Source: a virus
Direction: 5' to 3' (one strand)
IMG/VR virus record: IMGVR_UViG_3300017748_000071
Length of the DNA stretch: 29,821 nucleotides
The notes under the pieces: generated by a model
What the model saw: the letters and a program-made list of their open reading frames with translations, nothing else
What the model was told of the DNA's origin: nothing
Database searches by the model: none
Translations under genes and position numbers: made by a program
Part shown: positions 5,127-12,782 of the stretch, piece after piece
Layout of the letters: every line of letters starts with the position of its first letter
Position numbering within the stretch: the stretch's first letter is position 1

Positions 5127-6646
5127 TGCAGCTTAGGGATTATCAAAGTAAGGCGGTTGTGGAATCAATCGCCGAACTACCCAAGCACGACGCGATAATA
5201 CTGCACGCACCAACAGGCTCTGGCAAAACGGTTATGGCTGCGGCTATAGCTGACCACTATCTACACCGACAGCAACGGGTACTTTTCTTACTGCCACGAC
5301 GCGAGTTAGTGGATCAGACCGCGGATAAGTTTGACGCGATTGGGTATAGCTTTGGCAATGATTACGGAATCATTATGGCTGGCGAAGAGATGACCTACTG
5401 GACGTTAGGTTGTCCGCTACAGATAGCATCGAAAGATACTCTACACGCTAGAACTAAAAGCGGCAGGATAGATATGCCAGAGGCTGATTTACTTATCGTC
5501 GATGAATGCCATCTATCACTAAGCCCTACTTGGCTAAAGCTAATAAATCACTACAAGGATCGCGGCACTCACGTTTTAGGCCTAACTGCCACCCCAGCGC
5601 GGGGAGATGGTAGGGGATTAGGGGAAGCGTATTCGATAATGGTACAAGCGCCAATGGTAGCAGAGCTAATGAACTTAGGGCATTTATCTACAGCTAATTA
5701 TTACGCGCCGACGCAAGTGGATCTCGACGGTATAAAGATTGATCGCAAAAAGCACGACTACAACGAAACACAATTACAGGAGCGAATGTCGCAGCAGCAT
5801 ATAGTCGGCGATATTGTTGAGCATTGGTTAAAGCTGGCTGGCGGCAGACGGACGGTGGTGTTCTGTGCAGGGGTTAGACATAGCATACTTGTAAGAGATC
5901 GTTTTATTGCACACGGCGTTGAGGCAGAGCATGTAGACGGTGGTACAGAAACAAACGAGCGTAAGGCTATTTTCGATAGGTTCAGATCCGGCAGAACGCA
6001 GGTACTTACTAACTGCATGGTTGCCACGTATGGTTTCGATCTACCAGAGATGGATTGCGTTGTGCTAGCAAGGCCAACTCAGTCGATTATTTTGCATTTG
6101 CAGATGCTTGGGCGTGGATTAAGAACCGCAACCAAAAAAGACAACTGCTTGGTACTAGATCATGCAGGTAATGTAGTAAGGCTTGGCTTTGCCAGTGACG
6201 AGGTTCCGTGGAGCTTAGAGTGTAAAGGTAATGTTTATGAGCGAATTGAACGAGAGCGATTGGTCAAAGATGAAGACCGCGAAGGAATTGTTTGTAATAG
6301 CTGCGGCCATATTTTTCAAAGCAGCAAAGAATGTCCAGAGTGCGGGTGGCAGTTACCTGAGAAGACAGGTAAAGACATACAAGTTAAAGACGGCGACTTG
6401 GTGGCCTACAGCGCGACAGATGGCGCTAATCTTGACGAGGTTAGAGTTTTTTACCAAGAGATGTTGGGATTATGCAAGATGCGCAAAAAGAAAGCTGGCA
6501 TCGCATATTTCAGAACGCTGGATAAGTATCAATTTAAAGCGCCATATTCTTGGCAAAAATTACAACCGTTACCGCCATCAGATGCAACGGTACGTTACGA
6601 AACATATCAACAAATAAAATACGCTAAAAGCAGGGGGCGCAGATGA
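5126..6646 (+). CDS. Superfamily-2 DEAD/DEAH-type helicase with a C-terminal zinc ribbon
   Basis: LRDYQ, Walker A APTGSGKT, motif II VDECH, motif III TATP, motif VI QMLGRGLR; CNSCGH...CPECGW. I prefer ATG 5126 over the track's TTG 5102. Confidence 0.9.
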   Translation: MQLRDYQSKAVVESIAELPKHDAIILHAPTGSGKTVMAAAIADHYLHRQQRVLFLLPRRELVDQTADKFDAIGYSFGNDYGIIMAGEEMTYWTLGCPLQIASKDTLHARTKSGRIDMPEADLLIVDECHLSLSPTWLKLINHYKDRGTHVLGLTATPARGDGRGLGEAYSIMVQAPMVAELMNLGHLSTANYYAPTQVDLDGIKIDRKKHDYNETQLQERMSQQHIVGDIVEHWLKLAGGRRTVVFCAGVRHSILVRDRFIAHGVEAEHVDGGTETNERKAIFDRFRSGRTQVLTNCMVATYGFDLPEMDCVVLARPTQSIILHLQMLGRGLRTATKKDNCLVLDHAGNVVRLGFASDEVPWSLECKGNVYERIERERLVKDEDREGIVCNSCGHIFQSSKECPECGWQLPEKTGKDIQVKDGDLVAYSATDGANLDEVRVFYQEMLGLCKMRKKKAGIAYFRTLDKYQFKAPYSWQKLQPLPPSDATVRYETYQQIKYAKSRGRR

Positions 6647-6972
6647 ATAGGGAAATCGACCAGCTTGATCGGATTCTTGATAAGCTAAGTACAAGAATCG
6701 AAGAATGGGATGCAGCGCAAAGCGAAGCAGCAGAAGCCGAGGCAAGACTAAAAAGCCAAGAGGCGATGGCCGCTAAAGCGATGATGGATAGCGGCATGAG
6801 CGCAGCCAAGGCGCAGCAAGAAGTCCGAGCCAAGGATGAATGGCAAGAAATGTATCTGGACGTTCAGTACAAAAGCATCGCAGCGCAGAAGGTAAAAATG
6901 CAGATCGAGCTAGGTAACAAATACTTTGAAGCCGAAAGAACGCGACAAGCTAATCTGCGGGGTATTCGTTAG
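6643..6972 (+). CDS. Hypothetical coiled-coil protein (109 aa)
   Basis: ORF track; ATGA overlap with the helicase stop; Ala/Glu/Gln/Lys-rich heptad-like sequence. Confidence 0.6.
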   Translation: MNREIDQLDRILDKLSTRIEEWDAAQSEAAEAEARLKSQEAMAAKAMMDSGMSAAKAQQEVRAKDEWQEMYLDVQYKSIAAQKVKMQIELGNKYFEAERTRQANLRGIR

Positions 6973-7376
6973 TGCCGGAAACCCTACGTGCTAAGGCTAT
7001 GAAAAAGCTACAACTCTTAGCCAGAATTGCAGCGGCAGATGATCACGGTTATGTGGATTGTGTTACCTGCGGTATCACTAAGCACTACAAAGAAATGGAC
7101 GGGGGCCACTTTATTCCCAAGGGTAAATCTAGCTACTGGGCATTAGAAGTGGAGAACGTTCACCCGCAGTGTAAGGCGTGTAATAACTGGGGCATGAAAC
7201 ACGGCGCAGCAGCACAGGCTTATACAATATGGATGATTGATTACTACGGCAAAGATTTCGTTGAGCATATGCTGGAAACGCAACGCAAAGTGAGGAAGCT
7301 ATACACGGCTGACTACCGCGATATGATTAAGCAGTTTACGAAAGACATAAAATATCACGAGGCGCGAATATCGTGA
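6972..7376 (+). CDS. ninG: NinG/Rap-like structure-specific recombination endonuclease
   Basis: CVTCG...MDGGHFIPKG...ENVHPQCKACNNWG...Y...G matches the lambda NinG (Rap) core pattern C-x2-C-G...D[AG]GH[YF]...N[IV]H.QC..CN. GTG start overlaps the upstream TAG. Confidence 0.8.
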   Translation: MPETLRAKAMKKLQLLARIAAADDHGYVDCVTCGITKHYKEMDGGHFIPKGKSSYWALEVENVHPQCKACNNWGMKHGAAAQAYTIWMIDYYGKDFVEHMLETQRKVRKLYTADYRDMIKQFTKDIKYHEARIS

Positions 7377-7591
7377 GGGGATCATTTAATGCGAAACGCG
7401 AAGCATCCCGAAGAAGGTTGCAGCAGGACGTTGAGAAATTTACAGAAAATGGGGGTAGAATCACCGAGGTGGAAGGGTATAAGCCAGTTGAGCTACTCTT
7501 CTGCTCGCACTGTAGGACTCGGAAGGCACGCGCCAAGTTTCCGAAGATTACAGGGATGGGGCAGTCAAAATGTTTTGATTGCGTACTGTGA
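7373..7591 (+). CDS. Small hypothetical protein with C-terminal CxxC...CxxC (72 aa)
   Basis: ORF track; GTGA overlap with the ninG-like stop; CSHC...CFDC. Preferred over the alternative frame 7389..7622. Confidence 0.45.
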   Translation: MRGSFNAKREASRRRLQQDVEKFTENGGRITEVEGYKPVELLFCSHCRTRKARAKFPKITGMGQSKCFDCVL

Positions 7592-7785
7592 AGCCGCGTC
7601 AGATAGCCGCCAAAATGATTAAGGCGATGGATGAAGCTGCTAAGCAGGTCTGGGAACAAGAAAAAGACCACATCGAAAAACAATACCGTAAGGGCTGGAA
7701 AGGACTCATTTGGGCGCATGTGACAAATCACTACATGAGGCAAAGCAGTGCAGCAGTATCGAGACAGGTCGGGATTAAACCATGA
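7588..7785 (+). CDS. Hypothetical protein (65 aa)
   Basis: ORF 7579..7785; the GTG at 7588 gives a GTGA overlap with the upstream stop. Confidence 0.45.
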   Translation: MKPRQIAAKMIKAMDEAAKQVWEQEKDHIEKQYRKGWKGLIWAHVTNHYMRQSSAAVSRQVGIKP

Positions 7786-8716
7786 AGAGTGGGTGGCTGA
7801 ATTTAAGAGATTGGGTGCGGCAGGATTCGCGCATAAATACGATCTTGATGTCAGGAACGTTTACAAAAAGCGAAGGATGCTTGAGGCGACATTCGGCGAC
7901 ATAAAGAACCCACGCAACCTAGATAAAAACGAACCAGCGAAGCATGTACGCAAAGAAATTAATACCGATGATCTAGTGATGATCGTCGGATCAGATGCGC
8001 ACTATCAACTGAATACCGTATCAACGGCCCATGTAGCTTTTGTTGAGCTAACCAAAGAGCTACAGCCTGACATGATTATCTTGAATGGGGATATGATCGA
8101 CGGGGCAAGTATTAGCCGACACCCGCCAAGAGGCTGGGAATACATACCAGCGTTATCCGATGAGATGGAAACCGTACAGCAACGGCTAGAAGAAATCGAA
8201 AAAGCAGCGCCCAGTGCCCAGCGAATCTGGACTATAGGTAATCACGATGCTCGTTTTGAGTCACGCCTAGCCAGCCAGATGCCAGAGCTAAGAGGACTGA
8301 CAGGTACGCGATTGGAAGACTTTTTCCCAAGCTGGTCGATCTATATGTCTATGCACATAAACTTCGGCGACAGGGAGAAGCTAGTCATTAAGCATAGGTG
8401 GAATGGCGGCGTTCACGCAGGGTATAACAACGTCTTAAAAGGCGGGGCCAATATGGTTACAGGCCACACCCATCAGCAGGAATGTAAGCCGTACACCGAT
8501 TACACCGGAACACGATTTGGCGTTCAACTAGGGACAATGCAAGAGCCACACGCGCCAGCATTTGAGTATGCAGAAGATTCCCCGAAGAACTGGGTCAGTG
8601 GCTTTGCTGTAATAACGATCCGAAATGGCATATTAATGATGCCTGAGTTTGTAAGAGCGCATAAGCCGGGGACTTACGAGTTTAGAGGCGAGTTGAGGCA
8701 GATAGATGATGACTGA
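7748..8716 (+). CDS. Calcineurin-like metallophosphoesterase with a roughly 75-aa N-terminal extension
   Basis: Ordered motifs GSDAHY (DxH), NGDMIDG (GDxxD), GNHD (GNH[DE]), TGHTHQ (GHxH). GTG start with GAGG 7 nt upstream. Confidence 0.85.
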   Translation: MQQYRDRSGLNHEEWVAEFKRLGAAGFAHKYDLDVRNVYKKRRMLEATFGDIKNPRNLDKNEPAKHVRKEINTDDLVMIVGSDAHYQLNTVSTAHVAFVELTKELQPDMIILNGDMIDGASISRHPPRGWEYIPALSDEMETVQQRLEEIEKAAPSAQRIWTIGNHDARFESRLASQMPELRGLTGTRLEDFFPSWSIYMSMHINFGDREKLVIKHRWNGGVHAGYNNVLKGGANMVTGHTHQQECKPYTDYTGTRFGVQLGTMQEPHAPAFEYAEDSPKNWVSGFAVITIRNGILMMPEFVRAHKPGTYEFRGELRQIDDD

Positions 8717-8933
8717 AGTTTATCCGATAGATTTAATCGTATCGCGGCGAATGGGATATCTCGATGGTGAGATAATCAAAGAGGTTACGGCATTTGCTGA
8801 AACGCAAAACATAGAAAATTTGCACAACGCCCAAGCGCATCTTGCTAAACTGATCGAGCGCGAAGAATTCAAACGCAAACAACAAGCAGATTACGAACAA
8901 AGGGTGGGATACTATGGTGAACATTCTGATTGA
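8706..8933 (+). CDS. Hypothetical protein (75 aa)
   Basis: ORF track; start overlaps the end of the phosphoesterase gene. Confidence 0.55.
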   Translation: MMTEVYPIDLIVSRRMGYLDGEIIKEVTAFAETQNIENLHNAQAHLAKLIEREEFKRKQQADYEQRVGYYGEHSD

Positions 8934-9081
8934 AGACATGCAGCCGGGGACGATAATCACAGTAATTTGCGAATATCAGGGAGAGATCGAGGGGCCTGAT
9001 CCTAGCGAAGAAGCCCCCGAAGACGAAGAAGAGCAGGTATTAAAACTTGTCGGCGAGCCGATAAGGACAGGTCGGGCGTAA
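8914..9081 (+). CDS. Possible small acidic ORF (55 aa); doubtful
   Basis: Hand translation MVNILIEDMQPGTIITVICEYQGEIEGPDPSEEAPEDEEEQVLKLVGEPIRTGRA, with GGGTGGGA upstream. It converges on and overlaps minus gene 9040..9225 by 42 nt. Confidence 0.25.
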   Translation: MVNILIEDMQPGTIITVICEYQGEIEGPDPSEEAPEDEEEQVLKLVGEPIRTGRA

Positions 9082-9225
9082 CTCTTTGAAGTCAGGCCAG
9101 ATGCCGTCGCAGACGTTGGTCATGTATTCGCTTTCTTCGAGCAATTCATCGTTGAACGACATTGCCGATGACCACATCATCAGCACGAATAGAGCGCCTA
9201 TCAATAAAACGTAACGTAATCGCAT
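9040..9225 (-). CDS. Small membrane or secreted protein (61 aa)
   Basis: ORF track; N-terminal hydrophobic segment YVLLIGALFVLMMWSSAMS; two Cys in the C-part; TAATG coupling to the upstream gene. Confidence 0.55.
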   Translation of the reverse strand: MRLRYVLLIGALFVLMMWSSAMSFNDELLEESEYMTNVCDGIWPDFKELRPTCPYRLADKF

Positions 9226-9455
9226 TATAAAACCCCCGAACGGATGAAGCGGCGAACCGCGTTGTAGATTGTGCTTTGAGCCAACCCCATCTCACGCGAG
9301 ATAGCAGCCTTTGTATAGCCTTGCTGGTATAGCTCACCAATGCGGTCGATTTGTGCCTCGGTCAGCTTTTTAGGTGCTGGCCTATTGCTAGAACGCCCGT
9401 ACATATCGGGCAGCTTTTTAAGCGCCTGAGTAGCTCGGTAGAATGTGTCGTTCAC
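9225..9455 (-). CDS. Small HTH DNA-binding protein (resolvase/Hin-type or sigma-region-4-like HTH), 76 aa
   Basis: LTEAQIDRIGELYQQGYTKAAISREMGLAQSTIYNAVRRF is a classic tri-helical HTH pattern; ATGA-type coupling to the upstream gene. Confidence 0.7.
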   Translation of the reverse strand: MNDTFYRATQALKKLPDMYGRSSNRPAPKKLTEAQIDRIGELYQQGYTKAAISREMGLAQSTIYNAVRRFIRSGVL

Positions 9456-9820
9456 GATGCCTCCAAAGTCGTTTCTAAATAATCAAAAATAAATTTATCC
9501 AAAGATCCTTGGTAGAAGGGGTCAAATGTATCTCCGAAATCGCCTTTTCGCTTGTAAGCTATGATTTGCCACTTTCTTTCTAAATCCATAGAAAGATCAT
9601 AGCGATATTCGGTATCAGAGTGCGTGCCGTGATGACTTATCACTTCGGATCGCTCGTTTGCCCAAAGAAAGCAACTTAGAAAATTTCGATTGGTTTTTTC
9701 TTGCAGTAACTGCGCTTTGAGAAAGTAATGAGCTGCGCCAGCAGCATACCCATCGTGATGGATATAGAAAGTTGTTGTGCTAAAGCCGCTTTTGATTTGA
9801 TAGGTTGCTCTTGTGGCCAT
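9452..9820 (-). CDS. Hypothetical protein (122 aa), first gene of the minus cassette
   Basis: ORF track; AAGGA upstream; conserved-looking blocks TFYIHHDGYAAGAAHYF and HHGTHSDTEYRYDL; no family recognised. Confidence 0.65.
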   Translation of the reverse strand: MATRATYQIKSGFSTTTFYIHHDGYAAGAAHYFLKAQLLQEKTNRNFLSCFLWANERSEVISHHGTHSDTEYRYDLSMDLERKWQIIAYKRKGDFGDTFDPFYQGSLDKFIFDYLETTLEAS

Positions 9821-9864
9821 GTCGTTTTCCTTGGTTGTTAAGTCTTAATTGTTTCAACGGGTTC

Positions 9865-9898
9865 ATAATTACAAAAAACCAATCAAAAGTAAACCTTT
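9865..9898 (-). promoter_or_regulatory. Third copy of AAAGGTTTACTTT (minus strand, 9898..9886) with a candidate promoter (-35 TTTACT, 17-nt spacer, -10 AATTAT) for the 9820..9040 cassette
   Basis: Reverse complement read by hand; same -35 context as the sites at 3620 and 4225. Confidence 0.45.
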
Positions 9899-9912
9899 CG
9901 TTTAGGATAGCA

Positions 9913-9921
9913 AAAGGGTTA
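9913..9921 (+). promoter_or_regulatory. AAAGGGTTA, an imperfect inverted partner (8 of 9) of the 9890..9898 TAAACCTTT arm, facing the late operon
   Basis: Read directly; separated from its partner by 14 nt; TAAAAT (9920..9925) overlaps it. Confidence 0.3.
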
Positions 9922-9950
9922 AAATACCCGATTTGCTATGTTGAGGTAAC

Positions 9951-10361
9951 ATGAAGACTGTAAAACTAGAACGGCTGGCGTATTTAGAGGAAGGGACATT
10001 CGGTGAACTGACATCCGATTGCGGGTTTCACTGTTACACTGTAGAGCGGCCTTGGTTAGATAACAAACCTTGGGAGTCATGCGTCCCCGAGGCCAGCTAT
10101 CAATGCCAGCCATTTGACGGTAATAGGTTCAAAGGCGTCGTTGAGCTAACTAACGTGCCTGATCGCAGTCATATCCTGATTCACGCGGCTAACTGGCCTA
10201 AAGAACTACACGGCTGTATCGGATTGGGTAACGGATGGGAGATTACAAAAACTGTTCCGATGGTTTACAATTCCAAGGCGACCTGTAGAGAATTCTTTGC
10301 AAAGGTCGGTAAAGAGTTTATTTTGACCATAACGAGCAAGAGCGCGATTTTATGGGAATAG
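9951..10361 (+). CDS. DUF5675-like protein with a YkuD-like His...His-Gly-Cys motif; candidate non-canonical endolysin
   Basis: GTFGEL...CYTVERPW...CVPEASYQC...VELTNVPDRSHILIHAANWPKELHGCIGLG matches my memory of the DUF5675 family. It lies immediately upstream of the holin and overlaps it. Confidence 0.7.
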   Translation: MKTVKLERLAYLEEGTFGELTSDCGFHCYTVERPWLDNKPWESCVPEASYQCQPFDGNRFKGVVELTNVPDRSHILIHAANWPKELHGCIGLGNGWEITKTVPMVYNSKATCREFFAKVGKEFILTITSKSAILWE

Positions 10362-10735
10362 GCATAGTTAAAGATCTAGTCGGCCCTGTAGCGGGCATCC
10401 TAGACAAGTTTGTCGAGGATAAAGACCAGCGGGCGCAGTTAGCGCATGAAATCGCAACGATGGCCGACAATCACGCGCAGGAACTAAGTCTAGCGCAGAT
10501 CGAGCTAGCCAAAGTCGAGGCTGGCGGCAACTGGCTACAACGAAGTTGGCGACCTATGATCGGCCATATCTGTTGGATTGGGTTGGCTTACAACGTAGTA
10601 GTCTCGCCGTTTCTAGGCATTTGGTTGCCTGTTCCTGAGATACAATCGGATCTGCTGTATCCGGTTCTATTGGGGATGCTTGGAATGTCAGGCATTCGCG
10701 GATATGAGAAAGTGAAGGGCAAAGCTGGTGGCTAA
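10352..10735 (+). CDS. Holin, GTA-type 3TM holin family
   Basis: ILDKFVEDKDQRAQLAHE...ELSLAQIELAKVEAGGNWLQRSWRPMIGHICWIGLAYNVVVSPFLG plus a second hydrophobic segment LLYPVLLGMLGMSGI. This pattern matches the GTA_holin_3TM family as I recall it. Confidence 0.7.
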   Translation: MGIGIVKDLVGPVAGILDKFVEDKDQRAQLAHEIATMADNHAQELSLAQIELAKVEAGGNWLQRSWRPMIGHICWIGLAYNVVVSPFLGIWLPVPEIQSDLLYPVLLGMLGMSGIRGYEKVKGKAGG

Positions 10736-11018
10736 GGTTTCCGAAGATTCAGAACTGACGATACCGCTGAAAAACTTGCTTAGTTTGGTCGGAGCAACGG
10801 CTGTAGGTGTTTGGGCATACTTTGGTATCACTGAACGCCTTGGCTTGTTAGAGCGCGAACAAGCTATGATGATGGTCGAGGTTGAAGAAAACGACAACTG
10901 GATTGACAACTTCACGCCCCCGCCAGAAGTGAACGCCAGCGTTCAACGGGTCAGGGAGCTAGAGTTGCAGCTTGTTGAGATAAAGTCGCGGCTTAAATTC
11001 TTGGAGGCAGAAAAGTAA
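10728..11018 (+). CDS. Membrane-anchored coiled-coil protein (i-spanin-like architecture), 96 aa
   Basis: GTG start overlaps the holin stop. TM LLSLVGATAVGVWAYFGI, then the helical C-part VRELELQLVEIKSRLKFLEAEK. No lipobox partner ORF was seen. Confidence 0.5.
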   Translation: MAKVSEDSELTIPLKNLLSLVGATAVGVWAYFGITERLGLLEREQAMMMVEVEENDNWIDNFTPPPEVNASVQRVRELELQLVEIKSRLKFLEAEK

Positions 11019-11240
11019 ATGCGTGGTGTATTACTGTTTAATCAAGATGGCACGATATACGCGGGTCAGGTTCATACAATGCCGAATGGCGAAGTTCATA
11101 CAGGAACCGCCCATACAGCAGCAAGCAAGCGGGTCTTTTACTATTCAGACCTGCCCCCGCCTAGTCGGATCAGAGCGTTAGAAGCTATGGTGGAGCGTCA
11201 CGACAACCCTAGTAGAACAAACGGAAGCCTAAACAACTGA
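11019..11240 (+). CDS. Hypothetical protein (73 aa)
   Basis: ORF track; ATG directly after the upstream TAA. Confidence 0.5.
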   Translation: MRGVLLFNQDGTIYAGQVHTMPNGEVHTGTAHTAASKRVFYYSDLPPPSRIRALEAMVERHDNPSRTNGSLNN

Positions 11241-11593
11241 TGGCAAGACCATTGATCGAGATAGACTGGGATCAAGTTGATACTATGTGTGAGATACACT
11301 GCACTGGCGAAGAACAGGCAGCGGTTCTCGGCGTTGACTATGACACGCTCAACACGGCGTGTAAGCGCGAGCATGGCGTCGGTTTTTCGGACTATTTCAA
11401 ACAAAAGAGCGCAGCGGGCAAAATGAGCCTCAGACGTAGGCAATACACCAAGGCAATGGACGGGGACAATACCCAGCTTATATGGCTAGGAAAGAACTGG
11501 TTAGGCCAAATGGATCAGCCAGAAGCCGCACCGATAGACTTGCAGCCCATAGTTATCGAGCGAGCCGATGAAGCTAACCAAGCCTCAGGATGA
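11240..11593 (+). CDS. terS: Terminase small subunit (HTH type)
   Basis: Position immediately upstream of TerL. Pattern ...EEQAAVLGVDYDTL...GKMSLRRRQYTKAMDGDNTQLIWLGKNWLGQ is typical of small terminases. Confidence 0.75.
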   Translation: MARPLIEIDWDQVDTMCEIHCTGEEQAAVLGVDYDTLNTACKREHGVGFSDYFKQKSAAGKMSLRRRQYTKAMDGDNTQLIWLGKNWLGQMDQPEAAPIDLQPIVIERADEANQASG

Positions 11594-12782
11594 TATATTC
11601 TTTAACGACTGCCGTTTTCGGGTAGTTGTTGCGGGTAGACGATTCGGCAAGACGTTCATCTGCGTTTATGAGCTACTGCGTGTTGCTCTAAGCGATAAAG
11701 GCAAGAATTGCTGGTATGTTGCCCCGACCTACAAAGCAGCCAAAGAGATCGCTTGGACTATGCTTCTAGATGCTATACCTGATGGGTACATAGAGCGCAA
11801 AAACGAAACGTCACTCACGGTAACACTACGCAACGGGTCAACCGTTTCACTAAAAGGCGCTGAGAACCCCGACAGTCTGCGGGGTAGGGCGTTAGATTTT
11901 GTTGTGATGGATGAGTTCGCCGATATGCGACCAGAAGCGTGGTACGAGGTACTACGGCCATCGCTATCAGACCGCAAGGGGTCAGCGTTATTCATTGGAA
12001 CACCGAAAGGGCGCAATCACTTCTATGACCTATGGACTAGGGGCGTTGACGGTTATGAGTCATGGAAAGCGTTTCAATACACGACAATCCAAGGCGGCAA
12101 CGTAGAGTCTCAAGAGATCGAGGCGGCGAGACACGACCTAGATGAGCGCACGTTTCAGCAAGAGTATGAGGCGAGGTTTGTTAACTACAGCGGGATCATT
12201 TACTACGGCTTTAACCGTGAGCAGTCAGTTAAGACCTACAAAGGCCCAATCGAAGACTTACATATTGGGATGGACTTCAACGTCGATCCGATGTCGGCTG
12301 TTGTATGCGTTAGGCATGGCGGGGTAGTACACGCGATTGATGAGGTCGTGATGTATGGCTCGAACACTGATGAGATGGTCGATGAGATCAGGCAGCGTTA
12401 CAATGACAAGCCAATCACTATCTACCCAGACCCAGCATCGGCGCAGCGTAAGACATCCGCAGGGAGTCGAACGGATCTGAACATACTGCAAAACGCGGGC
12501 TTCAAGGTTAAAGTTAGGACAAGACACCCGGCGATTCGTGATAGAATCAACGCGGTGAATAGCAGACTGCTATCGAGCGAACAAGAGCGGCGGCTATTTG
12601 TTAGCCCCAACTGTAAAAACGTAGTCAACAGCCTAGAGCGTCAAACGTATAAAGAAGGCACCAGCCAGCCGAATAAGGATGACGGGTTCGACCACATGAA
12701 CGATGCACTAGGTTATTTGATCGAGTATATGTTCCCGATTCGTAAGGAACACGATGTACCGCAGCCGGTGAGGTGGAGTTAA
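11568..12782 (+). CDS. terL: Terminase large subunit
   Basis: Walker A-like VAGRRFGKTF, Walker B-like FVVMDEF, C-terminal nuclease-like region (MDFNVDP...DHMNDALGY); followed by the portal gene. Confidence 0.9.
   Translation: MKLTKPQDDIFFNDCRFRVVVAGRRFGKTFICVYELLRVALSDKGKNCWYVAPTYKAAKEIAWTMLLDAIPDGYIERKNETSLTVTLRNGSTVSLKGAENPDSLRGRALDFVVMDEFADMRPEAWYEVLRPSLSDRKGSALFIGTPKGRNHFYDLWTRGVDGYESWKAFQYTTIQGGNVESQEIEAARHDLDERTFQQEYEARFVNYSGIIYYGFNREQSVKTYKGPIEDLHIGMDFNVDPMSAVVCVRHGGVVHAIDEVVMYGSNTDEMVDEIRQRYNDKPITIYPDPASAQRKTSAGSRTDLNILQNAGFKVKVRTRHPAIRDRINAVNSRLLSSEQERRLFVSPNCKNVVNSLERQTYKEGTSQPNKDDGFDHMNDALGYLIEYMFPIRKEHDVPQPVRWS

Noticed and set aside
6231-6617. 128-aa alternative-frame ORF inside the helicase gene
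   Set aside because: It lies wholly within a gene with unambiguous helicase motifs and has no RBS or motif of its own.
7389-7622. 77-aa ORF in an alternative frame to 7373..7591
   Set aside because: The competing frame has GTGA coupling to the upstream gene and a CxxC...CxxC pair. This frame's product is Arg/Ser/Gly-rich and spans the next gene's start.
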